This document shows positions 6,550 to 15,405 of a stretch of DNA of 16,843 nucleotides, piece by piece. A program made the translations under genes and the position numbers. The notes below the pieces were generated by a model that saw only the letters and a program-made list of their open reading frames with translations, did not search any database and was not told where the DNA came from. This stretch comes from Candidatus Heimdallarchaeota archaeon (GTDB lineage: Archaea > Asgardarchaeota > Heimdallarchaeia > Hodarchaeales > Hodarchaeaceae), in assembly GCA_019057635.1 (NCBI GenBank), contig DXJL01000170.1, forward strand, positions 1-16,843, in the 5' to 3' direction. The stretch's first letter is position 1, and each line of letters begins with the position of its first letter.

Positions 6550-7467
6550 GTGAAAGGATTTCAGATATTAGCCCTAACGGACATTCACGGGAATGTAAAG
6601 GCTACCAGAAGCCTAGTTAAACATTTAAATAAACACTCCTATAATATTGACTTAATAATAATAGCTGGTGATTTACCTTCGACAACGTCATTGCCTGTTA
6701 TGGCCCACTATATGATAAAGCATCCACTTAATGCATTGTCCAAAAAAAACTATACTCGCTGGGTATACAAAGGTAAAGGGAGAAAATTTTTTGTCAGTAA
6801 GCAAATTTCCTCTATTAAAAAGGTACTAAACCTCTTATCTTCTCTTAAGATTCCCATAATTTACATACCTGGTAATGTGGATAGTTATGAAGCTATGAAA
6901 TTCATTTGTGATTGGAAGAAGACAAAAATAAATGTTCTCGACTCAAATTCTTACGAGGGGCATGGAATGATAATTATCGGGACAGGTGGTGCAATTATTC
7001 CTCCCTATTACTCAGAACCAATATGTGATCATGAATATCATGAAGTGGACTATGCGGAGAAGTGGGATCGTGTGATTGAGGGTACTTCTTTCTCTAGCAA
7101 GAGAAAAGTGAAGAATGTTGATATTCTACTTACTCATGAACCTCCACTGTTTGAAGCCGAATTTGATGATAAGAATGTCACAAAAGGAGGATCTCGAAGA
7201 GTTTCTGAAATCGTGAAAAAGATAAACCCAAGATTAGTCATTTTTGGTCATTATCATGAATTCTCCCTGACTAAAAACGTCAAAAAAGTCACTTATGTCA
7301 ACCCTGGCCCATTAGCATGCTATTATTTTGCATTCATTAATATTACACCTGAAAAAGTCGAGGTTTCACTTAATAAGTTACCAGCAGCGAAGTTAGATAG
7401 CATAAATAAGATATATTCAAAAAGAACAGCCAAAAACGTCTTTTATCGCTCTGTACGGTTTGTCTAG
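6550..7467 (+). CDS. Calcineurin-like metallophosphoesterase (Icc-related)
   Basis: Motifs DIHGN, AGDL, PGNVD, THEPP and GHYHE in the canonical order, with C-terminal VNPGP. Confidence 0.9.
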   Translation: MKGFQILALTDIHGNVKATRSLVKHLNKHSYNIDLIIIAGDLPSTTSLPVMAHYMIKHPLNALSKKNYTRWVYKGKGRKFFVSKQISSIKKVLNLLSSLKIPIIYIPGNVDSYEAMKFICDWKKTKINVLDSNSYEGHGMIIIGTGGAIIPPYYSEPICDHEYHEVDYAEKWDRVIEGTSFSSKRKVKNVDILLTHEPPLFEAEFDDKNVTKGGSRRVSEIVKKINPRLVIFGHYHEFSLTKNVKKVTYVNPGPLACYYFAFINITPEKVEVSLNKLPAAKLDSINKIYSKRTAKNVFYRSVRFV

Positions 7468-7469
7468 TC

Positions 7470-8444
7470 ATGGCTATACTCCAAAATTCCATTCAAGACT
7501 TTTTCACAATGCTCATGGATGACTTAGGACTACTATTTTCAGATCCTATCTCATTTTTCGACACTTATTTCTTTTCAGCTCCTGGGTATAACCTCTATAA
7601 TACCATTACGTACACCACAATTGGTATTTTAGCTATTCTAATTGTGGGAAGGATTATTATCAACCTCAATAAGTGGGGGATTCGACGCTGGGGTGAAGAT
7701 ACCTTTACCCCCATACAAATGGATAATGAATTTTTCATTGCCATACTCCCTTACATCTTCATTGGTTCTTCATTACGAGCATTGCAGGATGTAGCGACTG
7801 ACGGGAAGATTATTTCACCGTATGAATTTTTTGCGGATAGAGTCTTTGTCACTCCTGGAGTATATATTGTTACCATACTTCTAACCATAATATTAGGAAT
7901 TGCATCCATTGTCATTTCCCAAGAATATCTACAGGATCGTAAGTGTGTTTCAAATTGGAGATTTACATTTGCAGCAATCGGAATTGTGGTAGAAATCGTT
8001 CTTGTTTTACCGTTCATCCCTCTCTTGGTTGAAGATCAGTCAAACATGATAGGTGGCTTAGCAATAGTTTTGACAACTGCACTTTTCGCTGTTCTCTTCC
8101 ACTATTCTGCTGATTGGTTCTCGCAGAAATTTTACCCTGATGTTCCCATTAGAAGAGAGGAGAAATTTGCCATGATTACTCAAATGTTTGACGCTACGAA
8201 TACGGTGATTGCTATTGAATTCTTTGCATACGAAGAAAAACACTATCTACCAGCAATTCTATTCCAATCACCAGTTGGATCTTGGTCCTTTTTATTCATA
8301 AAATTTGGAATTGTTTTGTTCTTTCTTTGGTCATTACGTGGATTTGAGAACAGGAATTTAGAACGCTGGTTATTATGGGTAGTATTCCTTCTCGGGTTGG
8401 CAACAGGTACCAGAGATTTCCTTCGACTGATAACAAATACATAA
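7470..8444 (+). CDS. DUF63 family archaeal membrane protein
   Basis: Multi-pass membrane protein with GYNLYNT, GSSLRALQD, TPGVY, DATNT, YEEKH and GLATGTRD, matching the DUF63 signature as recalled. Confidence 0.85.
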   Translation: MAILQNSIQDFFTMLMDDLGLLFSDPISFFDTYFFSAPGYNLYNTITYTTIGILAILIVGRIIINLNKWGIRRWGEDTFTPIQMDNEFFIAILPYIFIGSSLRALQDVATDGKIISPYEFFADRVFVTPGVYIVTILLTIILGIASIVISQEYLQDRKCVSNWRFTFAAIGIVVEIVLVLPFIPLLVEDQSNMIGGLAIVLTTALFAVLFHYSADWFSQKFYPDVPIRREEKFAMITQMFDATNTVIAIEFFAYEEKHYLPAILFQSPVGSWSFLFIKFGIVLFFLWSLRGFENRNLERWLLWVVFLLGLATGTRDFLRLITNT

Positions 8445-8461
8445 CCGAATTGAAAATTATC

Positions 8462-9241
8462 CTAGATACGCACAGTTGTCTCTAATCGGATTCCCTTTCG
8501 ATCGACTGTCATTGGGACGGATATTGGAAGAAGAACTGATTTCCAAGCTTTTTGTACGGAAAAATTAATAGAAATCTTTCCAGCCCCGACGCGCCCAAAG
8601 GAAATATCAAAGACAAAATCAGCAATATGAGAGGCTAGTACCTCAATGTTTGGATCATGTAAATTCTTTACCATTAGTATAAAATGCAGCCCTGATCCTA
8701 AATCTCGAACAACATATTTTAGTGTTTCGACTGCAATTGAGACACTTTCAATAGAATTTGTACGAAGTAATGAGGAGATAGAATGAATACAGGTACATAC
8801 ATCATTGTATTGCATTATTTCAGGAATAAACCTTCTAGTGAAGAAACGAAGGGAATCTTGGGCATATCTATCCTCTAGATCAACCCCTGCGGTAGATTGG
8901 TATCCAATTACTGCGCCTTCTGCAGCTATTCTGGCCGAAAATGCGTCCATGAATTGCCATTTTTCCCCAGCAACAATATACGGTTCAAGTTGAAAATTAT
9001 AAATACCTAACTCCTCCACAATCTCGTTCGGCCTTCCATCATAATTTAGATACACAACCTTTTCAGTAGCTCCTGTTTTCAGCATACTGAAAAGAATTTG
9101 TTGAGTAAAAACTTCAAATTTTGTTCCAGGCTCTCCCAGAACGAGAATAACACTTTTGTTTGGGATACCAGGGTTATCTTCGCCACCGAGAAACAGATCG
9201 ATCGATTGAACCCCAGTTCGAACGGGATTTTCTGATTTCAT
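8462..9241 (-). CDS. KaiC/RAD55 (RecA-superfamily) ATPase-like protein with degenerate Walker motifs
   Basis: RTGVQSIDLFLGG..GIP..SVILVLGEPGT and C-terminal IADFVFDI and GIRLE are family hallmarks. Walker A reads GEPGTKFE and the Walker B region reads CIHSISSL. GGTGA SD at 9250-9246. Confidence 0.85.
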   Translation of the reverse strand: MKSENPVRTGVQSIDLFLGGEDNPGIPNKSVILVLGEPGTKFEVFTQQILFSMLKTGATEKVVYLNYDGRPNEIVEELGIYNFQLEPYIVAGEKWQFMDAFSARIAAEGAVIGYQSTAGVDLEDRYAQDSLRFFTRRFIPEIMQYNDVCTCIHSISSLLRTNSIESVSIAVETLKYVVRDLGSGLHFILMVKNLHDPNIEVLASHIADFVFDISFGRVGAGKISINFSVQKAWKSVLLPISVPMTVDRKGIRLETTVRI

Positions 9242-9397
9242 TTCTTCACCGAGAAACCCATAAACTAAATAGATATATATCTTTTTGGAAATGATTAAAG
9301 GTCGTTATTTCTCTAACTTTACAGAATTTGCAATGTGCTACCTCTCGCGTTCCAATGTCGTATAAACTGACAGAGATCTTGTGAAAAAACTGAAAGA

Positions 9398-10180
9398 GTG
9401 ATTAAAATGCATGATGTAGACCCCCTTGCCTTACCTTTCGAATTTCAAGGTACTGATGAAAATAAAAACATTAGTTGTCTATTATTACACTCTTTTACTG
9501 CTTCACCAAGTGAAGTTCGTCCATTAGGCCTGTATCTTCGAAATAAAGGTTTTTCTGGGATTGCTCCCTTGCTTCCTGGTCATGGAAGTGTACCAGAAGA
9601 TCTTGGAAACACCACATGGTTAGATTGGTATGCTGTCGCCCGTGATTCCTTATACTACTTGAAGGATTTATATTCACATGTTTTTGTTATTGGGGTCGCC
9701 CTCGGATCTGTACTCGCTACAATTTTGGCTGCTTCTCATCTTAGTGTAAGGATTAATGGTCTAATATTAATTTCCCCAAGTCAACATTCTCCCTCAACAC
9801 TAGTGAAAAATATTCTTCCCTTTGTAAAATTCTTTAAGAAGGATTTTGCCATGGTTGAAGAGAATGTGAGTGACGATCTTCGTGATCAGGGGCAATTTTT
9901 TTATTCCAAACGTCCTACTACAGCTCTAATTGAATTATACAGAGTAATTGGTTTTACCAATCATCGATTAGAAAATATCTTTCAACCTACTCTTGTTGTT
10001 AATACCCAAACTGCTGAAGGATCAGTAGATTTCATTTTTGATAAACTTACCAACGCGAAAGAGAAGAGAAAGTACACAATGAACACTTCCTCTTTACGCT
10101 GGTACTTAAATTCCTCAGAGGGAAAACCTGCTTTTAATGAAATTGCAGATTTTATGAAAAATACCATTAAAATAGGTTGA
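9398..10180 (+). CDS. Alpha/beta hydrolase of the carboxylesterase/monoacylglycerol-lipase (YvaK-like) type, apparently lacking the catalytic triad
   Basis: CLLLHSFTASPSEV and APLLPGHG..PEDL..TTWLDW match the family. The nucleophile elbow reads GVALG. ATG 9407 is an alternative start. Confidence 0.85.
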   Translation: MIKMHDVDPLALPFEFQGTDENKNISCLLLHSFTASPSEVRPLGLYLRNKGFSGIAPLLPGHGSVPEDLGNTTWLDWYAVARDSLYYLKDLYSHVFVIGVALGSVLATILAASHLSVRINGLILISPSQHSPSTLVKNILPFVKFFKKDFAMVEENVSDDLRDQGQFFYSKRPTTALIELYRVIGFTNHRLENIFQPTLVVNTQTAEGSVDFIFDKLTNAKEKRKYTMNTSSLRWYLNSSEGKPAFNEIADFMKNTIKIG

Positions 10181-10212
10181 AAAACAACAAATCTAAGAAA
10201 GATCTGTCCAAA

Positions 10213-11835
10213 TTAGCGATATCGCTTCGGTAAAACACGATAAAATATGCTGGCAATAGGTAAGCTAATCTTTAGGAACAGGTTCCAAGATAGGATTGGA
10301 AAGAATCGTGGAATCCGTGTACTTTCAAGTTTTCCAGGATTAAATATCTTATACGGATCCGTTTTCTTTTTTAATCTTTTGATTTTCCGTACATTTCCAC
10401 CATCTTCTTTATTTGGATAGGGACTGAGCCATAACCCACCGTTATTGCATGTTGAACCATTAACAGTCCAAGCAATACGAATTACTTGAAAAGTTCTGAA
10501 CCAATGGAACAAATAGGGTATAGAACCTAGAATTGGTAAAGAGCGTTTGCGTTGATCGGTGGGAAACCAAACCATAACCATGGAATTACGATTATTTAGC
10601 GCTACTATTTCCACACTGTAATTTTCTTCCTTAAACCACTTACTTAAGTAGGCTAAAAAGCTTCTAAGAACGTCAGATGGAACAATGACTTCGCTAACAA
10701 TTAATGAAGGACCCCCTCTCTTTAATCGCAGAGTGTAGAATCGATCATCCCATAATTCTTGTGCAATATTAGTTGGCAAAATATCGTCTAATAATTCTGA
10801 CTCTCCTTGAGAATTACTCCAATCTGTCTCTAAGAAGGTTGCTGAAATCATACCAGAATCAGCATTCTTAATGATCGATCCTAATACCTCATCATTTGTG
10901 ATCCACTTGAGGCTAACCTGATCAATATATCGTAAATAGAAAGGATTCATCTTTTGGAGTAGGTTAAACTTTTCCAAACCAATTTCACGTGATTTTGGTA
11001 GGATAGCAATATGATGTACTGGTATTTTTGGACGAACCTTCAAAGTTGCTTTCCAAATTACTCCTATAGTTCCAAAATTTCCTATAAAGTCTGAAGGTTT
11101 ATCTAAAACGAAAACTTCCCCATTAGTCCCTATTACTGATACAGAATGAACACTTTGAGTAATATCCCCAAATTTACTACTTCCAATCCCATATCCACCA
11201 GAGGCTATCCAGCCCCCAATAGATGACGAAGGAGCAGAGGAAGGGTAAGTATAGAGATCATACCCGTTTTTCTCTAAGAATTCTCTTAATCGTCTCCAAG
11301 TTATACCTGTTTCAACTTCTACAGTGTTTGTTTCTGTATTCACAGATAAAATTTCCTTAATCTGAGTGAAAATTAGTATAATTCCATTTTGGGTAGGTAA
11401 AGCTCCCCCATATCCACCTGTTCCTGCTCCTCGAGGTATTAAAGGAATAGCAAATTCTTCACACAACCTAATGATTGATTTTACTTCCTGATGATCTTTA
11501 GGTTGCACTACGGCCAAAACATCGAAATCGTATAATATCTTACCAAGTTTCGGAAGATCTGCTACATCTCGGGAATATAATAATTTTTCAAACTTCTTAC
11601 GATACACTCGCAATCCTTTAGATTGCAGATCATCTAATCGACTATGAATCAAAGCTCTTTCTGTTCTTAACTGATTTAAATTAACAAAAATAACTATACT
11701 ACCTAGTATCACTGCAATAAGTGGGAAACCAATAATATATTCATCTAGGTCAAGTATGTTAAGTAAGCAAACCAAACCAACGCAGATTAGTAAAACGGTA
11801 ATTGCTTGCGCTATTATCTTATCGTATGTGTGCAT
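10213..11835 (-). CDS. FAD-binding oxidoreductase (VAO/PCMH; GlcD / D-lactate dehydrogenase-like) with two N-terminal transmembrane helices
   Basis: AVVQP...EV, PRGAGTGGYGGALP, VETGITW, YPSSAPSSSIGGWIA, GNFGTIGVIW and C-terminal DPYKIFNPGK. Residues ~8-52 are hydrophobic. Confidence 0.9.
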   Translation of the reverse strand: MHTYDKIIAQAITVLLICVGLVCLLNILDLDEYIIGFPLIAVILGSIVIFVNLNQLRTERALIHSRLDDLQSKGLRVYRKKFEKLLYSRDVADLPKLGKILYDFDVLAVVQPKDHQEVKSIIRLCEEFAIPLIPRGAGTGGYGGALPTQNGIILIFTQIKEILSVNTETNTVEVETGITWRRLREFLEKNGYDLYTYPSSAPSSSIGGWIASGGYGIGSSKFGDITQSVHSVSVIGTNGEVFVLDKPSDFIGNFGTIGVIWKATLKVRPKIPVHHIAILPKSREIGLEKFNLLQKMNPFYLRYIDQVSLKWITNDEVLGSIIKNADSGMISATFLETDWSNSQGESELLDDILPTNIAQELWDDRFYTLRLKRGGPSLIVSEVIVPSDVLRSFLAYLSKWFKEENYSVEIVALNNRNSMVMVWFPTDQRKRSLPILGSIPYLFHWFRTFQVIRIAWTVNGSTCNNGGLWLSPYPNKEDGGNVRKIKRLKKKTDPYKIFNPGKLESTRIPRFFPILSWNLFLKISLPIASIFYRVLPKRYR

Positions 11836-12006
11836 ACAACTTCAGCAGTAATTTTTTATGTTAGAAGCTTATTAAAAAGTTATTGTACAAAGAATTTTTG
11901 AGTAGATGAAGACAAAGTCTCTTCAATCGAATGGATGAAGGCACACCTTCTAATAGTTCCTTTATATTTGAATTACTTGATTAATTGACTGGAGCACTTA
12001 TTAAAA

Positions 12007-12648
12007 GTGACAAACAAAGAGATGAAGTATATTTTATTTGATTTTGACGGAACTCTGATTGATAGTATGCCTTTCTTGGAAAAAAATGCAGTCACATTGT
12101 TAACGCGATATTTCTCTTACTCGGAACAGGAAGCACAGGCTAAATATCGAGAAACAACTGGTTTACCTTTTATTCAACAGATGGAGATCATTGCCCCAAA
12201 CCATACTCAAAATTCTACAATTGTTGATGAATTTGAAAAAATGAAACTAGAACTTATATATGAACAGCATCCATTCAATGATGCATTGGCAGTATTACAA
12301 AGGTTGAAGGCACAAGGTTACTTATTAGGTATATCTAGTGGCACGATTGAATCAATTATCACTACTTACCTAAAAAAAATAAATTTTGATTTGGTAAATG
12401 ACATTCTAGGATTTCGTCCTGGATTTGAGAAGGGTACTGACCATTTCAATTATGTCATGAAGAATCATTCACTTTCCCAATCACAAATCTTATTTATCGG
12501 TGATTCCTTACATGACGCGAAACGTGCAAAAGACAATCAAATTACATTTATTGGACGAATTGGAATGTTTACAAAATCGCATTTTGAAAATGTAATTCCC
12601 AATTGTACTATCATCCACGAATTAAATGAGATCTTCGATCGATTATAA
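12007..12648 (+). CDS. HAD-superfamily hydrolase (phosphoglycolate phosphatase-like, subfamily IA)
   Basis: Motif I FDFDGTLIDS, motif II GISSG, motif III Lys (EKG) and motif IV IGDSLHD. ATG 12022 is an alternative start. Confidence 0.92.
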   Translation: MTNKEMKYILFDFDGTLIDSMPFLEKNAVTLLTRYFSYSEQEAQAKYRETTGLPFIQQMEIIAPNHTQNSTIVDEFEKMKLELIYEQHPFNDALAVLQRLKAQGYLLGISSGTIESIITTYLKKINFDLVNDILGFRPGFEKGTDHFNYVMKNHSLSQSQILFIGDSLHDAKRAKDNQITFIGRIGMFTKSHFENVIPNCTIIHELNEIFDRL

Positions 12649-12654
12649 GAAAAT

Positions 12655-13113
12655 GTGATAATTATGGACTTAAGTACGAAATATCTCTATGGATCGGGTT
12701 TTCTAATAGGAGTATGGTTTATTGTATCCATATTTTCGATTAATTCTTCGTTGTTATTTAGTGACATCACTTCATTATACGATTATTTATTTTTTACCAC
12801 AGGGCCTCTTCCCTTCATTCTGATTGGATTATCCATTTCCGCTATGGGAATTTATTTCTATGTTCTTTTATTTACAAAAGAACGAATTAGAGGATTAAAC
12901 TTAGAGTTTGAAGCATCTCCAGATCTGAAAACATTCCGTGTAGTTAAAGATCATTCACCCAATCGACTTGCGAAGAAAGAAACCCCAGATACCGCCTATT
13001 GTAGCGCATGTGGTCGTGAGGTTCATAAACCATTTCGATGTGCCGCTTGTGGACAATTGTTGTGTGCTACACACATATTAGCAGGTGATCATCGTTGCAA
13101 GGAGGGAAATTAA
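12655..13113 (+). CDS. Two-transmembrane protein with a C-terminal AN1-type zinc finger
   Basis: C-x2-C-x9-C-x2-C-x4-C-x2-H-x5-H-x-C (CSAC...CAACGQLLCATHILAGDHRC, nt 13000-13098) fits the AN1 spacing. Two N-terminal hydrophobic segments. Confidence 0.85.
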   Translation: MIIMDLSTKYLYGSGFLIGVWFIVSIFSINSSLLFSDITSLYDYLFFTTGPLPFILIGLSISAMGIYFYVLLFTKERIRGLNLEFEASPDLKTFRVVKDHSPNRLAKKETPDTAYCSACGREVHKPFRCAACGQLLCATHILAGDHRCKEGN

Positions 13114-13785
13114 TTGGCAGAAGAACCTGAGTGGAAAAAAAAACTAGAAAAACAAAATCTCCTGGATAAGTTACACCTATCCGTGCAGGAACTCTCGGAG
13201 TTAGGTATAGGGTGGTTAATAATGGCTGCCATACTTATATATCTCAGAAGAGATAGGCTCTCAGGAGGTTTGTTTAAATTTGAAATTTTCTTACTAGTCT
13301 TACTGGTCAGCTTTTTCACGCATGAACTAATGCATAAATTTACTGCTATTCGATTTGGAGCTCGTGCATACTTCAAGATATCAAAAGAAGGATTAATAAT
13401 AACACTTCTATCTGTTATTATTGGATTTCCTATGCTTGCGGTAGGTGCAGTATTTTGGTGGGGAGAAGCGGCATCCTCTATTGGTATAAGAGGCCGTGTT
13501 TCGGCAGCGGGTCCAATATCGAATTTGATACTGATCGGATTTTCATATATGCTTATCGGTATAGGTTACGCCATTCTACCTTCTAACCTAGAATTAGCAT
13601 CTATTGTTCTACAAGTGGGGATAACGGGCGTATCACTAAATATTTTCATCGGACTCTTCAATCTTTTACCAATTGGCGTATTTGATGGTGCTAAAGTACT
13701 AGATTGGGATGGAAGAATTTGGATTGCTCTTATTGGATTGTTTTTATTCTTTGGTTTCTTTGGCGGTGGCTTTGGATTATTCTAA
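13114..13785 (+). CDS. Site-2 protease / peptidase M50 family intramembrane zinc metalloprotease
   Basis: HELMH zinc motif, AAGPISN and FNLLPIGVFDG (NxxPxxxxDG). TTG start with GGAGG at 13101-13105. Confidence 0.93.
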   Translation: MAEEPEWKKKLEKQNLLDKLHLSVQELSELGIGWLIMAAILIYLRRDRLSGGLFKFEIFLLVLLVSFFTHELMHKFTAIRFGARAYFKISKEGLIITLLSVIIGFPMLAVGAVFWWGEAASSIGIRGRVSAAGPISNLILIGFSYMLIGIGYAILPSNLELASIVLQVGITGVSLNIFIGLFNLLPIGVFDGAKVLDWDGRIWIALIGLFLFFGFFGGGFGLF

Positions 13786-13843
13786 AGCTGATCTTCTCCT
13801 TTTTCTTGGATACAATTTGATCCTCAACTAGAATCAGACAGAA

Positions 13844-15286
13844 TCATTTGATAATAGAAGACCAGGGATATCGTTTGGCTATTTCTGAAAGCAATCGATT
13901 CACTTTTTTCTCCTCAAATGTATCTTGATAACACAATGTAAGAACTGTTCCACCACGAGTTCGTTTCATTCGTTGATACATAGTTTTCACTGTATTCACA
14001 ACATCATACACGATTAACAAGTCTGCTTGTGGGATATCTATATCTCGTTCTCCCACACTTGTCATAATTAGAACAGCTTTTGTTGAATGACTTTTAAAGG
14101 CATTTAAAACCTCAGCTTTCTCTCGTACTTCGCCTGTAACTAAGAATGGGGTAAATCCTTTAGCTCTGACTTTTTCAACAAGTAAATGAGCGGTATCAAG
14201 ATAGGAACAAAGGACGACAGTCTTTGAAGATACTGAACGTGCTTCAAGAAGTTGTAATATACGTTTAACTTTCGCATTCGTTTGTGGAATTGCATGAATC
14301 ATCTGTTTCTCGATACCAAATTTCTTAAGTCGATAGAGAAATTTCTTATATTTATCCACTTGCATAGATACTGCGTATTTACGCATTAAAAGTAAACCAT
14401 TATACTTCTGAGTGTCATTTGCTTCCAACATACCAGATACTAGCGCAAGCTGGGAAATAGGAATCATTTCGAGGAGAGTAGGATTTTCAGCTTTTTGTTC
14501 TTCTAAAATCGACTCTCTAAGCCCTTTAATCGCTTGATCAATGTTTTGTAAGATGGTTCGTAGAGCTTCGCTTGGTTGTACTAAATCCTTTTTAATTTGA
14601 GTATACTGAATGTAAGAATCAACATCTGTTTCTGACATTAATTCATCCATGGAAATGATTTCCAGATCAGGGATTCGTCTATCTAGAGTAATTTTCTCAT
14701 CACGAATTTTAATTTGATCTTGTTGACGATCATAGAAAATGTGAGAATCACGAAGGGTTCCAGTCATACCAACAATCCATGCTTCCTGGATGAAATATGG
14801 AATTAATGTGTTGTATGGAAATACTAACAATCTTGAATCTCCCTGACGTCTAACAATTTTATCCACTTCATTAATTATAACTGCATCAAATTTAGGTCTA
14901 TTTAAAGGAATTTTCTCGAACACATTGGCAAAAGTTTGAGGGGTTGAAGCAACAATTCTAGCTTCTGTGATTATTCGCTTTCGTAGCCAAGTAGGAGTTC
15001 GGGAAGAGAATGATTGGAACTCACTGCCCTTGAAACCTCCGTATTCTTTCTCAAAATAATGGATAGTTTCCAAATAGCTTGTAGTGGAGTGTAAAAGTAA
15101 CAAGACTCTATGATTGGGTAAAATCTCTTTAATAAGAAGATATGTTAATACTCTCTTCCCCAAACCTGTGTCTACTTCAGCTATACAATGAATTTTTCTA
15201 TCAAAATTCTTTTTCAACCGTTTGAGAATGACAGATTGATATTCTCGCTGCTGAATCACGGTTTGGGGGGAGTTATTGTCGTCCAA
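13844..15286 (-). CDS. Divergent SF2 helicase of the Hef/FANCM-Mph1 type, without an ERCC4 nuclease domain
   Basis: Q motif REYQ, motif I DTGLGKR, Ib STPQT, II NEVD, III GMTGT, V TSVGERDIDIP and VI QRMKRTRG. Confidence 0.82.
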   Translation of the reverse strand: MDDNNSPQTVIQQREYQSVILKRLKKNFDRKIHCIAEVDTGLGKRVLTYLLIKEILPNHRVLLLLHSTTSYLETIHYFEKEYGGFKGSEFQSFSSRTPTWLRKRIITEARIVASTPQTFANVFEKIPLNRPKFDAVIINEVDKIVRRQGDSRLLVFPYNTLIPYFIQEAWIVGMTGTLRDSHIFYDRQQDQIKIRDEKITLDRRIPDLEIISMDELMSETDVDSYIQYTQIKKDLVQPSEALRTILQNIDQAIKGLRESILEEQKAENPTLLEMIPISQLALVSGMLEANDTQKYNGLLLMRKYAVSMQVDKYKKFLYRLKKFGIEKQMIHAIPQTNAKVKRILQLLEARSVSSKTVVLCSYLDTAHLLVEKVRAKGFTPFLVTGEVREKAEVLNAFKSHSTKAVLIMTSVGERDIDIPQADLLIVYDVVNTVKTMYQRMKRTRGGTVLTLCYQDTFEEKKVNRLLSEIAKRYPWSSIIK

Positions 15287-15405
15287 CTTGTATAAAAGAT
15301 TCCTTATCCACTTTTTTGTATTCTTTGATTATTCTGGTATTTTATCGAACTACTAAAAAAATTAACTCGTTTGAACAAATCATGTCTTAAATAGGTGTTA
15401 TAGTA

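Noticed and set aside
8462-9241. Circadian clock KaiC or recombinase RadA/RadB
   Set aside because: Single domain with degenerate Walker motifs, no kaiB nearby and no RadA N-terminal domain.
7751-10167. Short antisense ORFs 7751-8017, 8058-8243, 8805-8993, 9495-9677 and 9982-10167
   Set aside because: Shadows of the DUF63, KaiC-like and hydrolase genes.
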